Position numbers and translations under genes: made by a program. DNA of 13,866 nucleotides, from positions 1 to 13,866 of the IMG/VR virus record IMGVR_UViG_2690316086_000003; one strand, given 5' to 3'. The DNA comes from a virus. Lineage: Duplodnaviria; Heunggongvirae; Uroviricota; Caudoviricetes. Each line of letters opens with the position of its first letter. Position 1 is the first letter of the stretch. The notes under the pieces are model-generated. The model did not search any database, was not told where the DNA came from, and was given only the letters and a program-made list of their open reading frames with translations. Shown in pieces: positions 6,650 to 13,866 of this stretch.

Positions 6650-7706
6650 TTATGTGATGGTTTTGCCCAATCCTACGCCATACCTCTGGGCTACCAAATT
6701 TATAGTTACCAGAGGGATTGGCTTTGTAGGCTTGATACTCGTTTGCATAATATTCTATGTCTCTATCTCCCGCACAGAATGTAGGCCCTGAATATTCTCG
6801 ATGAGCAAGAATATCCTCACTATGTTTACCATATTGTTCATAACCAAAGCGATTAGCTACTCTTCCTCGAAATACCCAAAAGTCATTATCTCCAGAGTAT
6901 CTGACGCTGGCAGATACGCTAGGGAATCGCGTCGAAAGCCTATTAAAGTCGGGGTGCTGTACTCCATAATCACTATAAATCACATTTCTGGCAAGTTCTT
7001 TTCTATTCATTAAACTCTGCCATAAAATCCACTCGATTCGAGGTTGAGAATATAGACCAACAGAAATATCACTGAGATCTGTAGGAAATGAACCCCCAGA
7101 AAGAATCACTTTTCTGTATTCATTGAGGTGCGCCAGATTGTTTATCAATCCCATTGCCAAAGTATATAGTTCGCCGGAATTAATTTTATCCTCGGTTAAC
7201 TCATCTCTTAAGTCAATAATTATATCAATATTTGATAAAGGAATTCCCAGATGATTAATGTAATGCGTTATTAATTGTGGGTTAACCAGATCTAACGTGG
7301 TTAATCTCAAGCATATTTCATTCTGCATTAATTCATCAATCGCTCTTTTATAGTTAGATGGGCGAGTTGGTGAACTGACAGGAATAACTCTTATCCCCAT
7401 ATCTCTAACTTGATTAACCGCATTTATTATAGGGTAATGATCTTCAGGAGAAATAAAATGCTCTTCAATTAATAATCCATCAATATAAACACCTTGCATA
7501 TCTGAGCAAGATTTTGAGACTTTCTTTCCGAACTCTATAAGAGTCTCGTTATAACTCTTTAAGGCAATACCTGAATCAGGGTCAATTGGCACTGGTTCAA
7601 TTTCGAGTAATGGCAAAATTTTTGATTTCTTTTCAATGGATAGCTGCGATAAAGCTGATAACTCAGAACGTTTCGCTTTCAGAATAGGAATATATGAAAT
7701 TGTCAT
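6609..7706 (-). CDS. hypothetical protein, recalled as 'beta protein / sce7725-family-like' (function unknown)
   Basis: 365-aa ORF, MTISYIPILKAKRSELSALSQLS..., AT-rich, with AAGG about 8 nt upstream of the ATG. Convergent with the 192-aa gene and overlapping its 3' end by 41 bp. The N-terminal Y-x-P-I-L-K-x-K motif matches my recollection of this family. Confidence 0.8.
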   Translation of the reverse strand: MTISYIPILKAKRSELSALSQLSIEKKSKILPLLEIEPVPIDPDSGIALKSYNETLIEFGKKVSKSCSDMQGVYIDGLLIEEHFISPEDHYPIINAVNQVRDMGIRVIPVSSPTRPSNYKRAIDELMQNEICLRLTTLDLVNPQLITHYINHLGIPLSNIDIIIDLRDELTEDKINSGELYTLAMGLINNLAHLNEYRKVILSGGSFPTDLSDISVGLYSQPRIEWILWQSLMNRKELARNVIYSDYGVQHPDFNRLSTRFPSVSASVRYSGDNDFWVFRGRVANRFGYEQYGKHSEDILAHREYSGPTFCAGDRDIEYYANEYQAYKANPSGNYKFGSPEVWRRIGQNHHITKVVEQLATLYGL

Positions 7707-8263
7707 GTTAATACCTTATACAGAATCAATTAACAATTAATGGTTCTTCGGACATTGAAATTTATATCGCAAAAATTGGCAAACTCTCCTCGACTACTCA
7801 CTTGTGGGTATCCTGGCGTAAAAGGAATGACTTGGCAATACCCGGTGTGATCATAAGTCATTGAAAATGATCATTTTTATCAGTCTTTCTTCCATGATGA
7901 ATGCTAATGCCATTTGATTTGTTGAGGTGAAAACTGTTAAAAATCAAAACGATGTAATTGAAATGAACGTTCGGTAGCATTCACGCTTTAAATGTTTCTT
8001 TTGTGCTGATTGGATGAATTTGGGTCACTTATGATGAGAGATGTTGCAGGAAAAGAAGTTGGCATTGATCTATTGGATAGTTAGAATTGCTGCGGGTGCT
8101 TGAGGCTATCTGCCTCAGGTATGAACACCAAAAGGCAGATAGAGAAAAGCCCCAGTTAACATTACGCGTCCGGCAAGACGCTTAACATTAATCTGAGGCC
8201 AATTTCATGCTTTGCACATGTAGGTTAGCCTCTTACGTGCCGAAAGGCAAGGAGAAGCAGGCT

Positions 8264-8419
8264 ATGAAGCAGCAAAAGGCGATGTTAATCGCCCTGATCG
8301 TCATCTGTTTAACCGTCATAGTGACGGCACTGGTAACGAGGAAAGACCTCTGCGAGGTACGAATCCGAACCGGCCAGACGGAGGTCGCTGTCTTCACAGC
8401 TTACGAACCTGAGGAGTAA
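8264..8419 (+). CDS. hokD: Hok/Gef-family small membrane toxin (51 aa)
   Basis: Product MKQQKAMLIALIVICLTVIVTALVTRKDLCEVRIRTGQTEVAVFTAYEPEE, with one transmembrane helix and the LCEVR signature. GGAG lies 9 nt upstream. The track ORF at 8207 is an in-frame upstream extension. The sequence matches HokD/RelF as I recall it. Confidence 0.8.
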   Translation: MKQQKAMLIALIVICLTVIVTALVTRKDLCEVRIRTGQTEVAVFTAYEPEE

Positions 8420-8487
8420 GAGACCAGGCGAGGGAGAAATCCCTCGCCACCTCTGATGAGTCAGGCATCCTCAACGCACCCGCACTT

Positions 8488-8515
8488 AACCCGCTTCGGC
8501 GGGTTTTGTTTTTTC
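8488..8515 (+). terminator. rho-independent terminator downstream of hok
   Basis: Stem AACCCGC (8488-8494), loop TTCG, stem GCGGGTT (8499-8505), then a T-rich run TTTTGTTTTTT. The hairpin GGCGAGGGA-gaaa-TCCCTCGCC at 8427-8448 lies just upstream. Confidence 0.7.
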
Positions 8516-8586
8516 CTGGCATTCTGGTTTACAATTCGCACGTCAGCCTGAACACCTGACACCTGCTGCGCCAGCAGAGAAAACAG

Positions 8587-8859
8587 ATGGTGCACAAAAC
8601 CAAATTTCACAATTCTGATACCGACCTTGCCATCCGGCATGGGCGGCGTTCACACGCATTTAAAACCGACTGGTACCAACACCCATCATGTACTGAAGAA
8701 CAGGCCGAATGGCTAATTCATAACTACCGCAGACGCGGATACGAGATTAAGAAAGCCCTCAGCCTCGATTATCGTCACTGGATAATCTATGTCAGGCTCC
8801 CTTATTCCGAACGCTCACCGCGCCCATCCCGCACATACCAGCAACGGATCTGGAGGTAA
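8587..8859 (+). CDS. hypothetical protein (90 aa), Qin-type Rem-like position
   Basis: ATG at 8587. Its stop TAA (8857-8859) lies inside the RBS-to-start region of the DUF968 gene. It sits between hok and the DUF968 gene, like rem in the Qin prophage as I recall it. No confident homology. Confidence 0.5.
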   Translation: MVHKTKFHNSDTDLAIRHGRRSHAFKTDWYQHPSCTEEQAEWLIHNYRRRGYEIKKALSLDYRHWIIYVRLPYSERSPRPSRTYQQRIWR

Positions 8860-8860
8860 C

Positions 8861-9910
8861 GTGCGGATATTACTTCGACCTGTTCTGGTACCGGAACTCG
8901 GGCTGGTGGTCCTTAGGCCGGGCCGTGAATCCATGCAAGTATTTCATAACCCTCGAGTGCTGGTGGAGCCTGAACCGAAAAGCATGCGCGGTCTGCCGTC
9001 CGGAGTCGTCCCTGCCGTTCGCCAGCCGCTGGCGGAGGATAAATCATTTCTGCCATTTTTCAGCGATGAGCGGGTGATTCGTGCTGCTGGCGGCGCTGGG
9101 GCACTGTCTGACTGGCTGTTGCGTCATGTCAAATCCTGCCAGTGGCCTCATGGTGACTATCATCACAGTGAAATCGTCATACATCGTTACGGTACCGGCG
9201 CGATGGTGTTGTGCTGGCACTGCGACAACCAGTTGCGTGACCAGACATCCGAATCACTCGGGCAACTTGCTCATCAAAACCTGTCAGCATGGATGATTGA
9301 CGTCATACGCCATGCAATGAATGGCACGCAGGAGCGGGAATTGTCGCTGGCTGAATTATCCTGGTGGGCGGTCTGCAATCAGGTGGCGGACGCGCTTCCG
9401 GAGGCAGTATTACGTCGTTCTCTGGGGTTACGTGCGGAAAAAATCCGCTCCTTGTACCGCGAAAGCGACATCGTACCGGGAGAGCAGACCGCCATCAGCA
9501 TACTGAAACAGCGCACAAAAAATCTTGCGCCGCTGCCTCACGCCCACCAGCAACAGAACCCACCACAGGAAAAGACGGTGGTCAGCATTGCCGTTGATCC
9601 TGAGTCTCCGGAATCTTTCATGAAACGACCTAAACGTCGCCGCTGGGTTAACGAGAAATACACACGCTGGGTGAAGACTCAGCCGTGTGCGTGTTGTGGT
9701 AAGCCAGCCGACGATCCCCATCACCTGATTGGTCATGGTCAGGGCGGAATGGGGACAAAATCTCACGATATTTTCACGCTACCGCTGTGTCGGGAGCATC
9801 ACAACGAGCTTCATGCGGATCCGCTGGCGTTCGAAGAAAAGCATGGTTCTCAGGTTGATTTAATTTTTCGTTTTCTTGATCACGCCTTTGCAACTGGCGT
9901 GCTTGGGTAA
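8861..9910 (+). CDS. DUF968-type prophage protein (YdfU-like) with C-terminal Cys/His cluster
   Basis: GTG at 8861 with GGAGG 4 nt upstream; the track ORF 8789..9910 extends further upstream in the same frame. C-terminus ...QPCACCGKPADDPHHLIGHGQGGMGTKSHDIFTLPLCREHHNELH is an HNH-like or zinc-binding motif. Confidence 0.7.
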   Translation: MRILLRPVLVPELGLVVLRPGRESMQVFHNPRVLVEPEPKSMRGLPSGVVPAVRQPLAEDKSFLPFFSDERVIRAAGGAGALSDWLLRHVKSCQWPHGDYHHSEIVIHRYGTGAMVLCWHCDNQLRDQTSESLGQLAHQNLSAWMIDVIRHAMNGTQERELSLAELSWWAVCNQVADALPEAVLRRSLGLRAEKIRSLYRESDIVPGEQTAISILKQRTKNLAPLPHAHQQQNPPQEKTVVSIAVDPESPESFMKRPKRRRWVNEKYTRWVKTQPCACCGKPADDPHHLIGHGQGGMGTKSHDIFTLPLCREHHNELHADPLAFEEKHGSQVDLIFRFLDHAFATGVLG

Positions 9911-9922
9911 AAGAGGTGACTG

Positions 9923-10282
9923 ATGCTCATAGATTTGGTTTTACCTTACCCGCCGACGGTGAACACTTACTGGCGACGCCGTGGCAGCACATATTTTATC
10001 TCGGAGGAGGGAAAGCGTTATCGCCGGGCTGTGGCGCTTATTGTTCGCCAGCAGCGGCTGAAATTAAGCCTGTCCGGAAGGCTGGCGATAAAGATTATTG
10101 CAGAGCCACCGGATAAGCGCCGTCGTGATCTGGACAATATCCTGAAAGCACCGCTGGATGCGCTGACGCATGCCGGACTTCTCATAGACGACGAGCAGTT
10201 TGATGAAATCAATATTGTGCGCGGTCAGCTCGTTTCTGGTGGGCGGCTGGGCGTGAAGATTTACAAAATTGAAAGTGAGTGA
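9923..10282 (+). CDS. rusA: RusA-type Holliday junction resolvase
   Basis: 119-aa ORF MLIDLVLPYPPTVNTYWRRRG...PPDKRRRDLDNILKAPLDALTHAGLLIDDEQ.... The RRRDLDN and DALT motifs resemble RusA. AAGAGG RBS with a 6-nt spacer. Confidence 0.8.
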   Translation: MLIDLVLPYPPTVNTYWRRRGSTYFISEEGKRYRRAVALIVRQQRLKLSLSGRLAIKIIAEPPDKRRRDLDNILKAPLDALTHAGLLIDDEQFDEINIVRGQLVSGGRLGVKIYKIESE

Positions 10283-10290
10283 GCATAAAT

Positions 10291-10845
10291 ATGATATACC
10301 CGGAAATTACAGGCAAAAGCGGTGAGCATTTACGCCTGAAAACGCTGGAAAGTGTCTGGATCCAGGGGAAACTGCGTATGTGGGGGCGTTGGTCGTATAT
10401 TGGCGACGGTAAGACGGGAAATATGTTCAACCAATTACTGACCTCTAAAAAGCTGACAAAAACGGCAATTAACGAGGCGCTCCGGAGGATGAAAAAAGCG
10501 GGTCTGGACAAACCTGAACTTGAGGCTTTTTTGCGGGATATGATCAACGGCAATCAAAAAAGCTGGCTGGCACATTGTACCGATTCAGAGGCGTTAATAA
10601 TCGACAGGGTTATTGGTGAAGTACTGGCAGGTTATCCCGGGCTGCTCAATGTTCTGAGTCAGCGTTATGTGGGGCGGGGGATGACTAAGCGCAAAATGGC
10701 TGAACTGCTGAATGATGCACATCCGGAATGGAGTTTAAGAACCTGTGAAAGACGCATTGAGCATTGGCTAAAGGTGGCAGAATTTATTTTGTACAAACCA
10801 ATGGTTATGGCTTTTGGTATAGAGAAAAAAGTTATTGCTTTTTGA
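10291..10845 (+). CDS. putative late-gene antiterminator Q-like protein
   Basis: ATG at 10291; the alternative GTG at 10279 overlaps the rusA stop. Position after rusA and just before a short terminated leader. Loose resemblance to small Q/QuuD-type proteins (an MWGRWSY-type segment and basic C-terminal helices), from memory. Confidence 0.5.
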   Translation: MIYPEITGKSGEHLRLKTLESVWIQGKLRMWGRWSYIGDGKTGNMFNQLLTSKKLTKTAINEALRRMKKAGLDKPELEAFLRDMINGNQKSWLAHCTDSEALIIDRVIGEVLAGYPGLLNVLSQRYVGRGMTKRKMAELLNDAHPEWSLRTCERRIEHWLKVAEFILYKPMVMAFGIEKKVIAF

Positions 10846-10922
10846 CGTAAAAACTGCTTCAATTCCGGTAAGCTTCGCAAAGCTGTACCGCGAGGCGAAT
10901 AGCAGACATGGACATTTGAAAG

Positions 10923-10947
10923 AGCCCGCTTTTTGCGGGTTTTTTTA
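10923..10947 (+). terminator. rho-independent terminator (tR'-like) downstream of the Q-like gene
   Basis: AGCCCGC-ttttt-GCGGGT hairpin followed by a run of 7 T. It lies about 80 nt after the Q-like stop, as expected for a late-promoter leader. Confidence 0.65.
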
Positions 10948-11068
10948 TGACTGAAAAACGGCACGGGGCGTTAAATGCGCTGGTGGTTGCGAATACCGGT
11001 CTTTCTGCTTACTGGCTTTTTGGACAAGAGTTATTGGTATGTCACGTTAACCAAAAGGGAAAAAAGAC

Positions 11069-11266
11069 ATGCTAAAACAGCAGGATATGACAGAAACCGC
11101 CAGAGTGGTGTTTAATGAATTAAGCGTTACCGACCCGGCGACAGTCGGGGAGATTGCGCAGAATACTTACCTTTCACGCGAACGCTGCCAGTTAATACTG
11201 ACCCAGCTTGTTATGGCGGGTCTGGCAGACTATCAGTTCGGTTGTTACAGACGCCTTCCGCAGTGA
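11069..11266 (+). CDS. small winged-helix/HTH-like protein (65 aa)
   Basis: AAGGGA upstream of the ATG. The segment TVGEIAQNTYLSRERCQLILTQLVMAGLAD looks like an HTH. The stop sits in the loop of a terminator hairpin. Confidence 0.5.
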   Translation: MLKQQDMTETARVVFNELSVTDPATVGEIAQNTYLSRERCQLILTQLVMAGLADYQFGCYRRLPQ

Positions 11267-11276
11267 AGGCTTTTTT
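11253..11276 (+). terminator. rho-independent terminator
   Basis: GCCTTC (11253-11258), loop CGCAGT, GAAGGC (11265-11270), followed by TTTTTTATTT. Confidence 0.6.
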
Positions 11277-11416
11277 ATTTGTGGTAAATGGGCGGCTGGT
11301 GGGTGTTAGGGGCACCTACCAGCCATCTGCTCATGCGTTGGGTTCACAAGCAAACCTCAGGCCCACTGCTTTGCGCAAAAGCAGAATGAGCCTATCAGAG
11401 ACAGGCTTAATGATCC

Positions 11417-12493
11417 ATGCTTAATACTGTAAAAATATCCAGTTGTGAGTTAATCAACGCTGATTGCCTGGAATTTATCCAGACCTTACCGGAAAACTCT
11501 GTCGATCTGATAGTCACAGACCCGCCATACTTTAAAGTGAAGCCCGAGGGCTGGGATAACCAGTGGAAGGGCGACGATGATTACCTGAAGTGGCTGGACC
11601 AGTGTCTGGCGCAGTTCTGGCGGGTGCTGAAACCTGCCGGAAGTCTTTACCTGTTCTGTGGCCATCGCCTGGCATCTGACATTGAAATCATGATGCGTGA
11701 ACGCTTCAATGTGCTGAACCATATTATCTGGGCGAAGCCGTCCGGACGCTGGAACGGGTGCAACAAGGAAAGCCTGCGGGCGTATTTTCCGGCCACAGAA
11801 CGCATTCTGTTCGCGGAACATTATCAGGGGCCGTATCGTCCGAAAGATGATGGCGATGAGGCGAAGGGCAGGGCACTGAAACAGCATGTGATGGCCCCGC
11901 TGATTTCTTACTTTCGTGATGCGCGTGCTGCTCTTGGGATAACGGCAAAACAGATTGCAGATGCCACAGGAAAGAAAAACATGGTGTCGCACTGGTTCAG
12001 TGCCAGTCAGTGGCAGCTACCGAACGAAAGCGATTATCTGAAATTACAGTCGCTGTTTGCCCGGGTGGCAGAAGAGAAACATCAGCGGGGAGAACTGGAA
12101 AAGTCCCATTACCAACTGGTCAGCACATACAGTGAGCTGAACCGGCAGTACATGGAACTGCTGAGTGAATATAAAAATTTGCGGCGGTATTTCGGTGTGA
12201 CGGTGCAGGTGCCGTACACCGATGTGTGGACGCATAAACCGGTGCAGTACTATCCAGGGAAACATCCGTGCGAAAAACCGGCAGAAATGCTGCGGCAGAT
12301 AATCTGCGCGAGCAGTCGTCCGGGTGACCTGGTGGCGGATTTTTTCATGGGTTCTGGCTCAACCATAAAAGCAGCTATGGCGCTCGGGCGTCGTGCAACT
12401 GGTGTTGAACTGGAGGCAGAACGTTTTGCGCAGACCGTTAAGGAGATTAGTCACATCCTTACATGCTCAATTGATGACGGGAAGGATGGATAA
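11417..12493 (+). CDS. orphan DNA N6-adenine methyltransferase (beta-class, DPPY motif) with a central inserted domain
   Basis: 358-aa ORF. N-terminal motif IV ...VDLIVTDPPYF..., C-terminal motif I ...DLVADFFMGSGSTIKAAMALGRRATGVELE.... An insert of about 150 aa lies between them. No adjacent restriction endonuclease gene is recognisable. Confidence 0.85.
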   Translation: MLNTVKISSCELINADCLEFIQTLPENSVDLIVTDPPYFKVKPEGWDNQWKGDDDYLKWLDQCLAQFWRVLKPAGSLYLFCGHRLASDIEIMMRERFNVLNHIIWAKPSGRWNGCNKESLRAYFPATERILFAEHYQGPYRPKDDGDEAKGRALKQHVMAPLISYFRDARAALGITAKQIADATGKKNMVSHWFSASQWQLPNESDYLKLQSLFARVAEEKHQRGELEKSHYQLVSTYSELNRQYMELLSEYKNLRRYFGVTVQVPYTDVWTHKPVQYYPGKHPCEKPAEMLRQIICASSRPGDLVADFFMGSGSTIKAAMALGRRATGVELEAERFAQTVKEISHILTCSIDDGKDG

Positions 12494-13715
12494 AGATATG
12501 GTCAGTTCAGGCTGTGAAGCAAGTAGACAGATAAGGCTGCAATAAAAACTGACAATAGTAAAATAGCTTTTTCCCAGGTAGTCATGAATACGATCTCTTA
12601 AAGCGCCCGCTGATACCAGCGGGCAATACATACTGGCATTAATGTTAAGTTCAGGGATAATTCATCGTATTTTGTGGTACGACGCTATCAATATTAATAA
12701 ACAGTATTTTTCATGTAAAATTTCTGTTTTTTTGATCTGATTCTCGTTTCCTGGGTTATGATGTTGTTGTGAACCATGCTGTTGAATGATAATGTTCGGG
12801 TATAAAATTGTTGCTGATATGTAGCGCAGTGAGCAGGTGGTATTTCTGTTGCTGAGTGTACGGATACAGTGCTTCCCTCCCTCAGCGGGGGGGCAGGTGT
12901 GCTGTGGTTTTAGAGACACCGGAAACGAGAATGATGCGGGTTTGCTGGTGCCGGGATAGAGTCGCCGGAGGTCATGACATAGAGCAAAAAAGGAATGTGC
13001 ATGCAAATACACACCTCTTCGGAGAGCTCTTCTTTATATGGATGAGCCTCAAGGTCAATAGTTTATCTGTTATGTATTCATATGTTGTTACTTATATAAT
13101 CCATACGGGCATATCATCAGTACACACATACTATTATGGCATTTTATTTTTGTTTTAACTGAATTCCCGGGGCACTCTTTTTGATTTCTGATAAGGAACC
13201 AGAATTTTCTGTTAAATGGTGTCACGTTGTAAATGGTTAATGGAAGCAGCTTATTATCCATAATCACACCTGAGTTAACAGGTGTGAGAATACTTCCGGG
13301 TGGCAGGAACACATCTGACTGATACCAGATTATCAACTTTATTTTACACCATACAGTTGAAAACGTTATTCCGCTTGATGGGCATATCACTGTGTCAATA
13401 ACTATCCATTCCATCTTTTAACCTTCTCGGTACACATTGCTTTCGATTGTTTTGCTAAAAATCATAGTCAATAAATCAGTGTAACTCATTGAAAAAGATC
13501 GTCTTCTTTGTCTTCCTGGGGTTTTCTTTTCTAATTTTGTATCACTTTGGTTCAAGTTGTTTCATTTTTTTGTAATACAAATTAGCAGGATGAGCGGGAA
13601 TATAAAAAAATCGGATGTTTTTGTAATGGATATTATTTTTTTGTAAAATAATGTATTTTTATTTAAATCTCTATCAGAAAAGAATTTATTGTTCCTTTAT
13701 ATGGTGGAAAAGGTC

Positions 13716-13866
13716 ATGGTATTTAAACACTACGATGTGGTCAGGGCGGCGTCGCCGTCAGATCTTGCGGAAAAGCTGACACAAAAACTGAAGGAGGGGT
13801 GGCAGCCATTTGGCAGCCCGGTGGCCATCACGCCTTATACTCTGATGCAGGCCATTGCGGCGGAAG
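13716..13866 (+). CDS. hypothetical phage protein, 5' part (continues beyond the window end)
   Basis: ATG at 13716 with GGTGG 8 nt upstream, after a very AT-rich promoter-like region. Translation MVFKHYDVVRAASPSDLAEKLTQKLKEGWQPFGSPVAITPYTLMQAIAAE... has no stop before the window end. Confidence 0.5.
   Translation, partial: MVFKHYDVVRAASPSDLAEKLTQKLKEGWQPFGSPVAITPYTLMQAIAAE

Noticed and set aside
6328-7013. Track ORFs 6328..6564 (-), 6573..6791 (+) and 6801..7013 (+)
   Set aside because: Each lies inside, and in a different frame or strand from, one of the two long island genes.
8207-8263. In-frame upstream extension of hok (track start at 8207)
   Set aside because: The ATG at 8264 has the GGAG RBS and gives the canonical 51-aa Hok length. 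The extension adds a non-hydrophobic leader with no RBS. A mok-like overlapping frame could not be established.
9081-9766. Track ORFs 9081..9296, 9321..9506, 9364..9597 (+) and 9428..9766 (-)
   Set aside because: Alternative frames or antisense within the DUF968 gene; Arg/Gly/Cys-rich products typical of frame artefacts.
10842-10880. Exact -35/-10 call for a pR'-like late promoter after the Q-like gene
   Set aside because: TTGACG at 10842-10847 is a good -35, but no acceptable -10 hexamer lies 16-19 bp downstream. I annotated only the terminator and left the promoter unplaced.
9916-10964. Track ORFs 9916..10116 (+), 10018..10212 (-), 10209..10553 (-) and 10665..10964 (-)
   Set aside because: Overlap the rusA and Q-like genes in other frames or strands, with no RBS. 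10665..10964 also runs through the terminator hairpin.
11242-11424. Track ORF 11242..11424 (+), 60 aa, upstream of the methyltransferase
   Set aside because: It begins inside the terminator hairpin, has no RBS, and overlaps the methyltransferase start. More likely a structured leader.
11486-12265. Track ORFs 11486..11992 (-), 11724..11948 (-) and 12044..12265 (-)
   Set aside because: Antisense within the methyltransferase gene; His/Arg/Pro-rich products.
12662-13414. Track ORFs 12662..13012 (-), 12856..13158 (+) and 13088..13414 (-)
   Set aside because: No RBS, mutually overlapping, and products with odd composition in an AT-rich region. Treated as non-coding, with the region flagged as a finding.
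1-13866. Search for tRNA or rRNA genes, CRISPR arrays, IS elements or integrase
   Set aside because: No T-loop-like GGTTCGA motifs in a tRNA context, no regularly spaced direct repeats with unique spacers, and no transposase or integrase ORF or terminal inverted repeats were seen.

Overview
This window reads as a segment of an E. coli-type lambdoid (Rac/Qin-like) prophage. Left to right: the tail of a leftward early operon (an unstopped minus-strand gene plus five small genes); a RacR-like CI-type repressor gene bracketed by mirror-image sigma70 promoters with TAGGC-N3-GCCTA operators; a Cro-like YdaS/YdaT pair; an O-like replication initiator with an internal iteron cluster; three translationally coupled small genes. 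Then comes a visibly AT-rich ~2.4 kb cargo island holding a convergent, 3'-overlapping gene pair: a 192-aa protein with a PD-(D/E)xK-like motif and a 365-aa protein I recall as 'beta/sce7725-like'. I flag this pair as the best candidate for an undescribed or under-characterised defence-type module. Downstream are a Hok-family toxin with its terminator, a DUF968 protein, RusA, a Q-like antiterminator, a terminator-bracketed moron (small winged-helix protein plus orphan N6-adenine methyltransferase), a 1.2 kb ORF-poor AT-rich stretch and the start of one more gene. I found no rRNA, tRNA, CRISPR array or transposase. All homology statements are from memory of protein families and read-by-eye motifs; no searches or computed statistics were possible.
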